Shown here: positions 30,511 through 40,343 of the stretch, one piece after another
Layout of the letters: each line of letters starts with the position of its first letter
Position numbering within the stretch: the first letter of the stretch is position 1
Assembly: GCA_963809485.1 (NCBI GenBank)
Contig: CAWEJX010000004.1
Coordinates: forward strand, 64,001 to 128,000
Length of the DNA: 64,000 bases
Direction: 5' to 3'
Source: an uncultured Acidobacteriota bacterium
Lineage (GTDB): Bacteria; Acidobacteriota; UBA6911
Made by a program: the position numbers and the translations under genes
Notes under the pieces: model-generated
What the model saw: the letters and a program-made list of their open reading frames with translations, nothing else
The model's database searches: none
What the model was told of the DNA's origin: nothing

Positions 30511-30851
30511 GTCGTCCCAGACATCACATTCAGGATGCTGCAGCCCTTGTGTGAGACAATTCCTGCATGCAGCACTTCGCCAAATAGCCTTATCAACCGC
30601 TTGCCCTAAATGCAGCGGGGCCGGCTGATGCACGGACGCCGATGACACGATTTCATGAGCTGGATGCGAGCATCGATTTTGAGATAGGTTTATTCTTCGC
30701 CACTTTCCTCTTGTCCCCCGTAGCGGAAATGCATATAAATGAAAGGCTGGCTATTATTTCGGAACCGTGCAAGGGGAGGGACCAGAGGCCCTTTGCAGCA
30801 TTTCAGAGGCAGGGTGTAAAGCCCGATAAAATCCAATCGGAGAATAATTCC

Positions 30852-31703
30852 ATGGAAATCAGATTAAGTGCAAGCGGTCAAAACTCACTATCCACAAAAG
30901 TCTGTTTCAGCGATGAGAACGGATTTGAGGTCGCATCCACGATCGTCATGGGGAAAAAGGACGCAATTCTCATAGACGCGCAGTGGACGTTGTCCAACGC
31001 CTACCGCGTCATCACCGAAATCCTGGAAACAGGCAAGAACCTCACGGCTATTTATCTTTCGCACGCGCACCCGGATCATTATTTTGGAGCCGGCGTCATC
31101 GCGCAGGCTTTCCCCAAAGCCCGCGTCGTGGCGATACCCTCCGAAGCCGACATCATGAACAAGCAGTTCTTCGGCAAGATCGAGCATTGGGAAGGCATTA
31201 TCGGATCCCACAACGTTTGCCGGGTCTCCGCAAAAATCGAGCCCCTGAAAGAAAACCGCCTCGAACTGGAAGGACAACCGCTCGAGATCATGACCAAGGT
31301 CATGGGGGATATGCGGTACAACACTATGGTGTGGATCCCGTCGATCAAGACCCTGGTTGCCAGCGACGTGCTCTTCAATCAGGCGCACCCGTTCACCTGC
31401 GAGCTCACGAAGGAAGAACGCGCGCAGTGGATCGCCGATGTCGACAAGATCGAAAAGATGGGCGCCGAGGTGATTATTCCCGGCCATCAAAAGCCCGGGA
31501 TGCAGTTCGACAAGAGCTCTCTCGACTTCACACGGGAATACATCGTCGCCACCGAAGAGGAGCTGGTAAAACAGGACACGGTTGCCGGCTTCTACTTTGC
31601 CATGGCGGACCGCTTCCCGCAGGCGAATCTCGTCCGTCTCAGCAACGGAATGAACGCCGCGGTATTCAAGGGCGGGCTGGATTGGAACTGGCGCGAAATT
31701 TAA
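30852..31703 (+). CDS. Metallo-beta-lactamase fold hydrolase
   Basis: LIDAQ, SHAHPDH, ASD, IIPGH. Confidence 0.9.
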   Translation: MEIRLSASGQNSLSTKVCFSDENGFEVASTIVMGKKDAILIDAQWTLSNAYRVITEILETGKNLTAIYLSHAHPDHYFGAGVIAQAFPKARVVAIPSEADIMNKQFFGKIEHWEGIIGSHNVCRVSAKIEPLKENRLELEGQPLEIMTKVMGDMRYNTMVWIPSIKTLVASDVLFNQAHPFTCELTKEERAQWIADVDKIEKMGAEVIIPGHQKPGMQFDKSSLDFTREYIVATEEELVKQDTVAGFYFAMADRFPQANLVRLSNGMNAAVFKGGLDWNWREI

Positions 31704-31729
31704 TAAGCGGCTATTGACCGCTACGGACC

Positions 31730-31763
31730 GTTGAGTCCCGCATTCCCCAATGCGGGGCTCAAC
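31730..31763 (+). terminator. Strong stem-loop downstream of the MBL gene
   Basis: GTTGAGTCCCGCATT-CCCC-AATGCGGGGCTCAAC; weak U-tail. Confidence 0.5.
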
Positions 31764-32032
31764 TTCCGAGCATACGACACTCCCTGCAGCAAACAGCCAT
31801 GCGGAACCTCCAGAAACTATGGCGGCAAGAGATCCGCACCGGACAGGTCTCTTTCTCCACCCCAGTTTTTAGCGGACGCAAAGCGTAGCCTCGATATCAG
31901 CGCAGCACCCTGCGCGACCATCAACCACAAAATTATCGGGAAGATTTTTCCATGAAAACCAGGTTCAGCTCACTGTCGCGCCGTATTCGGGCTGCAACGG
32001 GAACAACCTGAGAGCCGGGACGCCCCCGACTG

Positions 32033-32269
32033 CTATCTCAGGGCTTTTAGCCTGGCTGAGGCGAAAGCCGATCCAACATCCGGCAATCTGGGATGCGTCG
32101 GGCTCTTCCCTCGAATCACCGATCGATATTGGGATTCTCTGCCGAGACACACCAGCAGCATGCATGCGCATTGGACAACAAGGCTGATCAGCAAAAAAAC
32201 CAACAGGATCCAGAAGATATCTCTGAGAAGTGCAAGCACCTGCCAAGCATCCAGTGACATGGAGTACAT
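32033..32269 (-). CDS. Small hypothetical single-TM protein
   Basis: One hydrophobic segment IFWILLVFLLISLVVQCACMLLVCL; AAGGGGG RBS-like element upstream. Confidence 0.4.
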   Translation of the reverse strand: MYSMSLDAWQVLALLRDIFWILLVFLLISLVVQCACMLLVCLGRESQYRSVIRGKSPTHPRLPDVGSAFASARLKALR

Positions 32270-32644
32270 AGGCCGTCCCCCTTCTTGCGGGCTTCCGCTT
32301 CGAAAGGAGGTTCGCGACACCCCAGGCGTTGCCGTTCAGCGTTTTAAAGGGTAGGCGCAGGAGCCGGCGGTACATGCCGATTACTGTCGCTTGAGCAGGC
32401 AAGCCCACGCTTTTGAATTGAGGCGTCGTATCCTCATGTATTGGTTTTCCGGGCCTGACACGGCTTCATTATAGGATATTTGTCAAGGCTGATGCACCCG
32501 AAAAAGGGGAACCGTCAGACTCCCGGCTTTGCCTGAGGATACTGGAATATATTGCGACTCGGGCCTGCATGCAATTCGCCCCTGATTTCAGAAGAGATGC
32601 CGTAGAATTATGCTATCCTAATCCCCCAGCGGGGAGCGGACATC

Positions 32645-33595
32645 ATGGAGTTCAACATCGAAAAACACAGTTCCAATTCCGCTATCAGACAGATCCAGGA
32701 ACAAATCAAGCTGGCTGTGACAATGGGAGTACTGCGACGGGGTGATACCTTGCCGTCGATCCGGGATGTTGAAAAACAGACGGGCATCAACCGCGGCCTG
32801 GTACACAAGGCATATCTGGGCTTGAGGAAATCCGGCCTGCTTACCTTGGCCAGAGGAAAGGGCACGGTAATTTCCACGGACGCTCCCGCCCCCCCTCCGG
32901 TGAGTGAAAAATTCAGGCAGTGGAGCATCGAAATCGTTTCCAAAGCCCGCCGGAAAGGCCTGTCCCCTACAGCCTTTGCAAGATACCTGAGCCATCACGC
33001 CCAGGAGGTCGAACGCATGGCGCCGTTCATCGCATTCATAGAAAACGATGCGGAGGATGCCACGGCGAGGGCGGATGCGATCTCGCAGGCGTGGCAAGTT
33101 CCCGTGGCCGGTTTGACAACCCCGGAGCTGAAAAATGCCGTTCGGGACGGCTTGAGGTTCGGGAAAGTTCTGACGAATTACTTTTTGTACGATCGCGTCA
33201 AATCACTCCTTTCCGGCAGGAAAATTGACGTCATAGCGATTACGACCCGCGGCACCGAACAGACCAACAAAGCGCTGGCAGGGATCCAGGCGAATTCCTC
33301 CGTGCTGATCATAATCCCTCAGGGGATTTACGCCCATGCATCCTTCATTGTCGCTCAGCTGCCCAAATTTTTCGATTCCCGCGGCGTCAAGGTTTCCCAT
33401 ATCTCCGCGCACGATATCTCGAATTTCGAGGAGCTTTTCAATAACGCCCGATATGATCTATATCTCTTGTCGCATGGCACGCATCAGATTGTTCCCAAAA
33501 AGCTGCACGTCAACCCCCGCATTCTCCTGATGCGCATGGAACTGGATCCCGTCTCCGTGGAAGCCGCAAGAATCCGAGCCGGCGTTCTCATCTGA
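32645..33595 (+). CDS. GntR family transcriptional regulator
   Basis: QIQEQIK..V..G.L..GD.LPS.R....GIN...V.KAY..L...G.....GKGT. Confidence 0.9.
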   Translation: MEFNIEKHSSNSAIRQIQEQIKLAVTMGVLRRGDTLPSIRDVEKQTGINRGLVHKAYLGLRKSGLLTLARGKGTVISTDAPAPPPVSEKFRQWSIEIVSKARRKGLSPTAFARYLSHHAQEVERMAPFIAFIENDAEDATARADAISQAWQVPVAGLTTPELKNAVRDGLRFGKVLTNYFLYDRVKSLLSGRKIDVIAITTRGTEQTNKALAGIQANSSVLIIIPQGIYAHASFIVAQLPKFFDSRGVKVSHISAHDISNFEELFNNARYDLYLLSHGTHQIVPKKLHVNPRILLMRMELDPVSVEAARIRAGVLI

Positions 33596-33674
33596 AATTC
33601 CGGCAGGACCCTAAAGATTGCTGGCTAGCGATCCCGTCCTTACGGACGGTCTTTCCGAATCCCGTCAAAAGGGA

Positions 33675-33817
33675 TGTCATAGATCGATGACAAAAGTCCA
33701 AATAATCCAAGCCATTCAGGTACAGTTTCCATAAAACCGCCATTTGTGGCCGATTCCAAACATTTTATATGTCATTAAACAATGACAATTGACATCATTT
33801 GCAGAAGATGATAAAGT
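33675..33817 (+). promoter_or_regulatory. Two TGTCAT-N6-ATGACA palindromes plus a sigma70-type promoter
   Basis: Palindromes at 33675-33692 and 33770-33787; TTGACA (33789)-N17-TAAAGT (33812). Confidence 0.65.
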
Positions 33818-34148
33818 TCTAATGGTAACGCAGAGTAATCCTCTGGGGGGAGGCAATCCGGCCAGGGATTTTGCCATCCCCCCTTTATTGTGCCCCTGCA
33901 GGTCCCTACAGGGTTGTTTGCGTCACCACCGGAATGCAGGAAGGCAAAATTGCAGGGGGCAAGGAGAAAAAAACAACCAGAATTCCCAGGCCAGAAAATT
34001 CGAGCCAAATTGATTTCCAGTCCATGCGCACGGAACAGGGAGCATGCCCGCCGGGCCTCGCGCAATACCGAATCTGAGCCAAAGGGCGTTTGAAAGGCAC
34101 CGATTCCCTGTCTCGACTTCGCTGGGTTAACCATCAGGAGATATTTTC

Positions 34149-34517
34149 ATGTGTAACAGCAGAGATTGGATGATAATTTTCATGCTTTTGATCCTTTGTG
34201 TTGCCGCACCTACAGCTGCAGTGGCAAAAGGGTCGGATCACGGTTCCGTCAAAGTGACCGTGGCAAACAACGTCTTCGCCGCAGGAACCGAAATCAAATC
34301 CGGACAATATGACATCATGTGGGAATCCAACGCCTCAGAAGCCACTGTAATCTTCATATTGAAGGGAAAAACCGCAGCCAAGGTTCAGGGCAAAATTGTC
34401 GAGGTGGAAAATAAACCTGAGTACAATACCATACAGACCGCAAAAGATTCCTCAGGCCGTGAATCTTTGAAGACACTTCTGCTCGGCGGGAAAAATTTTA
34501 AAATCGTTTTTGAATAA
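34149..34517 (+). CDS. Small secreted beta-rich hypothetical protein
   Basis: Signal peptide; AGTEIKSGQY.I.W pattern; AGGAG RBS. Confidence 0.75.
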   Translation: MCNSRDWMIIFMLLILCVAAPTAAVAKGSDHGSVKVTVANNVFAAGTEIKSGQYDIMWESNASEATVIFILKGKTAAKVQGKIVEVENKPEYNTIQTAKDSSGRESLKTLLLGGKNFKIVFE

Positions 34518-34712
34518 GGATTGATTAAAAATCCGCGTCACTGGCGAGCGCCGAAGGCGAAGCACAAATGGGACTCTCTTGCGGCTGAGCCTTCGGCCTC
34601 CAACCATGCCCGCCCGTCCCATCAAATAAAGGCAAAAGCCTGAACCACACCTCTCGGGATATAGCCTGTCAGGTTCTTACAGGATACGGTTTTCCCCGAT
34701 GCCAGGCAGAAA

Positions 34713-35524
34713 TCAGCAGGGTCCGGCCTCAACTCCGTACAGGTCGAGCATGCGGCCCAGCTTCCCGATCTTTTTGTTTCCAAAGTAATAGTCCTCGCCG
34801 ACAAGAACGAGACCCGGAGGTCCGTTCCTCTCTTTCTGAGGCCTGGGAGGAAAACCGGCGAATTCAGGGAGCTGATCCTTCAGCTTTTTCGCCTTCCCTA
34901 TATTCAACATCGGGAAATCGCCGAAGGTAACTCCCATGGAGCCGTAATGCTTCTTCATCTCCTCCGGCAGAGAAGAATTCGGATCCTTCGTGACTATTAC
35001 GATCACATGCGTGGAAAGGAGGTTCCTTTTTTCATCGGGAATTGTCTCCATGAGCCCTGGTGATATTGTCAAGGCTCAGCGCCCTGCCCTTTTCCTGGTC
35101 GTAGTTTTTATGGAATTTATCCATGCTGATGAAGGTCCTGCAGAGGCGCGTCGGAATTGTCTATATACCTGTGGAAAAATTCGAGGCACTTGTCGTAGTC
35201 GTCAAAATAGCTTCCGTTGCTGTTATAACTGGGCAGGGCTCCTCCTTGGGCCGTGGCGATCAGGATGTCCGCCAGATCCTTGCCGTCCTCTTTCCATAGT
35301 GTCGGTTCTCCACCGGTGTAATTCATGTTCCAGTAGGAATCTTTCAGGCTTGCGCAGTCCCGAATCGCGGTCAGAACCTGATCCCATGTCAGGCGGTATC
35401 CGGGGCGGATGATATGATCCTCCGCATCGCCCACGTAAATGTATCCGCAGTGCTCGCAACTAAAATTGCACTTATGAAGCAAGGACACGCCCATGACATG
35501 CGTCGGCATTCTTTGGTCGACCAT
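34713..35524 (-). pseudogene. Radical SAM protein with two +1 frameshifts (near 35140 and 35052)
   Basis: CNFSCEHC, YTGGEP, NSNG; continues as RTFISMDKFH after removing one base, then joins ORF 34713-35072. Confidence 0.75.
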
Positions 35525-35839
35525 AGTAATCCCCCAGCAGCCGATTTGGCCCAAGTCCGCAAAAAGTGAAATGCATGAAAATGAATATCGGGAGACCGGG
35601 TCATTGTACTTCGATTATTGTGAGTTTCACGGAAAATACACGAAAAAGGGAAGCCTGAGGCAGCCCACAGCCGGCAGCAAAACCGGAGGCCGGCCGATGG
35701 CATTTGGGAATTCCATGTCCGGGTTCTCCCTGACGGAACGATGCGGTTGCCTGGGCCGCAATTTCGAGGGAAAACACCTGGCCGGATGCAAATGGAGAGT
35801 GCTACAATCGCCCAATCAATTACGGCACAGGGAATTATT

Positions 35840-36224
35840 GTCAGGTACCGGAGGCTTGAAGGATTTGAACCCCTCAAAGCGTTGGAGGAGTTACGCCGGT
35901 CTTGAACGCTGACTTACGCGGGCAAAAGCCGATGAGGCGCTTCCGATCCCCGCAGAGGCCAGCGCTCCGCGCTGGACAGTTTTCTGCGGCGGCACTGTGG
36001 CAAGAGCCGTGCGGCAAGGAGATGAAGGGTATGAGAAACCGGGCGTTTGCCACAGTGCCGCCGCAGAAAACTTCATCGGAAGCGCCTCATCGGCTTTTGC
36101 TCGCCGACCCTCGCCGAACAAATCCGCGTTTGTCAGCGCTTTTATCAGCGTTTCTCAGCGTTTCAAAATACGGAGCTGTCAAACTCTTTGAGTCCCCCGG
36201 CAGAGCCGGGGGTTTACCAATGTG
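35840..36224 (-). mobile_element. IS200/IS605-type non-autonomous element, long form (one terminal hairpin collapsed)
   Basis: GTCA terminus, nested 30-bp and 26-bp inverted repeats, CCCCCGGCAGAGCCGGGGG, flanked by ATTA. Confidence 0.85.
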
Positions 36225-36286
36225 ATTATCGTCAGAACCGGTATGTCGCACTTTCAATCAAAGCATACATCAGGGGGCATAAGGAT

Positions 36287-37552
36287 ATGAGCAAAGCGCT
36301 TGAGCAGGACAAGACTCCACAGGAACTGCGACGCGAAAGAGAACAAAGAATCACGGACGCCATCAATCTTAGAATTCCGGACAGGGTTCCAGTCGCTTGC
36401 GATCTGGGTTTCTTCGTGGCCAAATACGCCGGCATACCCTGCTCCGCTGCCTACTATGATAGCGATGCATGGTTGGCGGCGTACCGAAAGACACTCCAGG
36501 ATTTCCAGCCCGACATGGCGTTTGTCCGGGCTCCCACTTCAGGAAAAGCTCTGGAATATATGAATCCGAGATTTCAGCGATGGCCCGGTCACGGGGTAGA
36601 TCCCAACCATGGGATGCAGGCGATCGAAATTGATAGCCTGAAGGACGACGAATACGACCTCTTCATCAACCATAATGCGGACTTCGGCATCCGATGCCAT
36701 TTGCCGCGTATCTACGGAAGCCTGGAAGCTCTGTCGATGCTTCCGCAGCTGTCCAACACGAATTGGGTTGAGCCCTGGGCTGCGCAGACGCTAGCCATGC
36801 TTGTTACGGAACCCAAAATCGAGGCCGCGATTGAAAATCTTCAGAAGGCCGGCCGGGAGATGAGGAGCTTCCAGCCTAAGGTGGACGAATTCAATCAGCT
36901 GCTGCTCGACTACGGCATACCGCAGTTGTACCAGGGGGCGGCGATGCCACCCTTCGACGTAATTTCCCACAGCGTGCGCGGCATGAAGGGTACGATGCTG
37001 GACATGTACCGCCAGCCTGACAAGATCCTGGAGGCCTGCGAATTTTTGCTCAGGAAAACGCTGGAAAAGCCGATTGCGCCGCCTAATGAATACGGCAACC
37101 TGAGATATTTCATGACCAATACCAGGGGTTCCGACGACTTCATGTCCATGAAGCAGTTCGAGACCTTCTACTGGCCAACGTTTAAAAAGCTTGTCCTGGC
37201 GCTGGTCGAGCGGGGAGTGACTCCGTGTATTTTCTTCGAAGGCAACTTCACATCACGTCTGGAGCGCCTGCTGGAATTCCCGAAAGGAAAGGTGCTCGTC
37301 CGCCTCGATACCACGGATATATTCAAAGCAAAAGAAATCCTCAAGGATCATCTTTGCATTGAGGGGAACATCCCGTCTTCACTTCTGCAGATAGGATCGG
37401 TCCAGGAGGTTAAAGACTATTGCAAAAAGCTGATCGACACCGTGGGCAAGGGCGGCGGTTACATCCTGGGACCCAGGAGTTCCACCGATGAGGTCAAACC
37501 GGAAAACCTTAAAGCCATGATCGACTATACAAAGGAATACGGTCGGTATTAG
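36287..37552 (+). CDS. Uroporphyrinogen decarboxylase family (MtaA/CmuA-like) protein
   Basis: PDRVPV, PFD.I...RG..G...DM.R.PDK, FMS.KQFE.FYWP, GNIP, GGGYI. Confidence 0.88.
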   Translation: MSKALEQDKTPQELRREREQRITDAINLRIPDRVPVACDLGFFVAKYAGIPCSAAYYDSDAWLAAYRKTLQDFQPDMAFVRAPTSGKALEYMNPRFQRWPGHGVDPNHGMQAIEIDSLKDDEYDLFINHNADFGIRCHLPRIYGSLEALSMLPQLSNTNWVEPWAAQTLAMLVTEPKIEAAIENLQKAGREMRSFQPKVDEFNQLLLDYGIPQLYQGAAMPPFDVISHSVRGMKGTMLDMYRQPDKILEACEFLLRKTLEKPIAPPNEYGNLRYFMTNTRGSDDFMSMKQFETFYWPTFKKLVLALVERGVTPCIFFEGNFTSRLERLLEFPKGKVLVRLDTTDIFKAKEILKDHLCIEGNIPSSLLQIGSVQEVKDYCKKLIDTVGKGGGYILGPRSSTDEVKPENLKAMIDYTKEYGRY

Positions 37553-37673
37553 CCGCTCAGAATCGTTTAACGCTGACATGCGCCGACAAAAGCACTGATG
37601 GACGCTGATAATAGAGTTGGCGGTCCGCGTCCATCAGCGCATGGAGTCGATAGAAGTCACACCAAGGCTTTGA

Positions 37674-37871
37674 GCAACAATTTATCGTGGTCCGACCCCG
37701 ACTTCCAAGTTCCTGCAATCTACAACTCGCGGCATGGCAATCTCGCCTAAGGGAATTGGATAGGCTTAATAGAAGAAAAGAGCTCAAAATAGTCATGCAG
37801 AGCCCATTTATGCTTTTCTATTGGAGTCAACCGCAAATTAGGCAACAATTTATCGTGGTCCGACCCCGACT
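37674..37871. repeat. 30-bp exact direct repeat (two copies) of a REP-like family
   Basis: GCAACAATTTATCGTGGTCCGACCCCGACT at 37674-37703 and 37842-37871; degenerate copy near 39007-39080; inverted core at 30471. Confidence 0.8.
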
Positions 37872-38934
37872 CTTCACCATACTGGCTCTGATCTGCATGT
37901 TGCTGACTGGATGCGGTTCTCAAAAGGGACCGGATGCCGGAGATCCGGATCCGGTAATACCCACGACTGCCCCGGCCGCGCTGCACGCGCCCTTTTTCCA
38001 GACCGGCTTTGCCTATTCCCACATCGGCGGCAGCTACGACAGCGACGCCTCGTCCCTGGAACTCGAAAAGATTCGCGCCGCCGGCGGCAACACCGTCCAG
38101 CTCCTTGTCTTCGCCTACATCTACAAGCTGAACGAACCAGAGATCGGCATGATGGGACAGGAAGCTTCGGAACGGATCCTCCTTGGAGGCATTTCCCGGG
38201 CAAAGGCGGCGGGGTTGCGAACCATGGTGAAGCTGCAGATGTGGGGGCCCGGGTTTCAAGATGACAAGTTTTCCGCGGACATCGGGATGACCAATGCTGC
38301 AGATTGGCGAGCATTCATGGCCAATTACCGGCTTTACGTGTTGCGCTATGCCCGCCTGGCGGCAGAAAGCAGCGTCGACATTCTATGCATTGGCACGGAA
38401 ATGGCCCAGGCCACGCAGTCCGCATACACCACCGCTGACTGGCGCGCCCTGGCCAAAGAGGTCCGGTCATTTTACCGCGGGCCGCTTACTTATGCTGCCC
38501 ACAGCAGCGAGGTCGAGGGAATCCCATTCTGGGACAGCCTCGACTACATCGGTATCGACGGCTACTACCCGATCGCCCGGCTGACTTCCGCCCTGGAGAA
38601 TCTTGAGCGCCTGTCGCATCGATGGAACAGGCCCGTGCTCTTCACCGAAGCCGGATTCTCTTCCAGCCCTTATGCACTGACGGAGCCCTGGAGGCCGGGG
38701 CCAAGTGCGGCAGCTCCCGGCTCCGTCCGGCTCGAGCTCCAGGCGAAGGGGTGGGAGACTTTGCTGGCAGAGCTGTGGCGCCGCGATTTTATATGGGGAG
38801 TCTATGCCTGGAAATGGCATCCCAATCGCGCATGGGGCGGCCCGAAAAACGCCGACCACACGCCCCAGGGGAAACCCGCGCTGGAGGTTATCCGCCGGTT
38901 CTATACCAGGCCTCCGGCTCGCGCCGGCCAGTAA
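37855..38934 (+). CDS. Glycoside hydrolase family 113-like TIM-barrel lipoprotein
   Basis: Lipobox LLTGC; CIGTE, LTYAA, FWD.LDYIGIDGYYP, FTEAG, W.W, TPQGKPA; start uncertain. Confidence 0.8.
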   Translation: MVRPRLFTILALICMLLTGCGSQKGPDAGDPDPVIPTTAPAALHAPFFQTGFAYSHIGGSYDSDASSLELEKIRAAGGNTVQLLVFAYIYKLNEPEIGMMGQEASERILLGGISRAKAAGLRTMVKLQMWGPGFQDDKFSADIGMTNAADWRAFMANYRLYVLRYARLAAESSVDILCIGTEMAQATQSAYTTADWRALAKEVRSFYRGPLTYAAHSSEVEGIPFWDSLDYIGIDGYYPIARLTSALENLERLSHRWNRPVLFTEAGFSSSPYALTEPWRPGPSAAAPGSVRLELQAKGWETLLAELWRRDFIWGVYAWKWHPNRAWGGPKNADHTPQGKPALEVIRRFYTRPPARAGQ

Positions 38935-39069
38935 ATCCGGGCTTTCAGTTTATTGACCTCGCTCAGGAATCCCAAATAGCCTGATAGCAAAAAATATCGC
39001 CAATCTTCATGCAGATTACTTTTGTTGATTTTCTATTGGAGTTATTGCGAGATTGCGCAACAATTTATT

Positions 39070-39756
39070 ATGGTCTCACCACAAAAAATTATCCGGAAAC
39101 GCAGCCGTCGCGAAATCCTAAGAATGGGCTCCGCCGTCAGCGGCATCGTCGCAAGTGGATCCATACTGCGCACATCCAGTCTTCTGGCCGCACAGGAGCC
39201 GGCCTCAGCCCTTCCCTGGCCCTGGAAGGAAATCGAGCCGGCCAGCATCCAGGAACGCGCGTATCAATCAACATGGTCAAAAAACGCCTGCATGTTCGGC
39301 ATCCTCGAGGCTGTGCTTGGGACATTGGCCGATAAATACGGCGCTCCTTACAGCATCTTTCCGGTGGGCGCCGTTTTATACGGCAGCGGCGGCTTTGCCG
39401 GCACCGAATCACTATGCGGCGCCATCAATGGATGCGGGCTGCTTTTCGGCCTTTTCGCCAGGAAAGAGCGGGACATTTTCGCTCTCTCGAGAGAAATGGC
39501 TCGCTGGTACGAGACTGCGAACCTGCCGGCCTACAAGCCGAAGGATCCCAAATTGGATATCCCCATTGTCCAGTCGGTAGCCGGTTCAACCCTCTGCAGT
39601 ATCTCGTCGAACGTCTGGACCAAGGTCTCCGGCCACAAGCTTCTGAGCATGCAGCATATGGAACGATGCAGCCGTCTTGTCGCCGATGTCGCGATGCAGG
39701 CCGTCACCCTTCTTAACGGTTACGGTACCGGCAAGAGTCCTGTAAAAAAGGGCTAA
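39070..39756 (+). CDS. Tat-exported C-GCAxxG-C-C family protein (split-Soret cytochrome c-like)
   Basis: SRREIL Tat motif; ACMFG, LCGAING, LCSIS, ERCSRL. Confidence 0.8.
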   Translation: MVSPQKIIRKRSRREILRMGSAVSGIVASGSILRTSSLLAAQEPASALPWPWKEIEPASIQERAYQSTWSKNACMFGILEAVLGTLADKYGAPYSIFPVGAVLYGSGGFAGTESLCGAINGCGLLFGLFARKERDIFALSREMARWYETANLPAYKPKDPKLDIPIVQSVAGSTLCSISSNVWTKVSGHKLLSMQHMERCSRLVADVAMQAVTLLNGYGTGKSPVKKG

Positions 39757-39803
39757 AACGGATCCCGGAGTTCTGGCCTTCGTTTACCATAGAGGAGGCA
39801 GCT

Positions 39804-40032
39804 ATGAGCAATACTGTCGAGATCAGAAAAGGCTGGTGCGGTCCTTGCCATGGTAAGAGTGCAGCACGGCTGGTGGTTCCCGGAAAAGCCTGCAGCCGAG
39901 CCCTCTCTTCACGGTATCTGGGAATCCAATTCGAATGCTCTTTGTCCCGTGGAACCCGAATACTGCAATCCTGAGGTGGGAGGCTGGCCGCACACCGCGC
40001 TTTTGTGCAAGGTATATAAAGCCGGCGCCTGA
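39804..40032 (+). pseudogene. Molybdopterin oxidoreductase remnant: first ~16 codons fused out of frame to the last 60 codons
   Basis: GAGGAGG RBS then MSNTVEIRKGWCGPCH, followed by MVRVQHGWWFPE...SNSNAL...LLCKVYK*. Confidence 0.75.
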
Positions 40033-40210
40033 TTCGGAACCGCTCAAAGCGGTTGGAGTAGTTACGCTGGTCTTGAACGCTGACTTACGCCGACCCTCGC
40101 CGAACAAATCGGCGTTTGTCGGCGCTTTTGTCAGCGTATCTCAGCGTTTCAAAATACGGAGCTGTCAAACTCTATGAGTCCCCCGGCAGAGCCGTGGGTT
40201 TACCAATAGT
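40031..40210 (-). mobile_element. IS200/IS605-type element, short derivative lacking one terminal hairpin
   Basis: AACCGCTCAAAGCGGTT ... CCCCCGGCAGAGCCG...TTTACC-AATAGT, then ATTA. Confidence 0.8.
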
Positions 40211-40343
40211 ATTAACCGATGGCATACGCCGCCAGGAGTCAGCGTTCCTTCGCGCTGTATTCAGCCCGTGTCTGCCTTAGCCGATTCCGGATCAAAGCAG
40301 GAGGCCAGCCGGCCGCCTCTGCAGATCATCGGGCGTGTCCCTA

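Noticed and set aside
37674-37871. 30-bp direct repeat as a CRISPR array
   Set aside because: Only two exact copies with a 138-bp gap, no regular spacers and no cas genes in the window.
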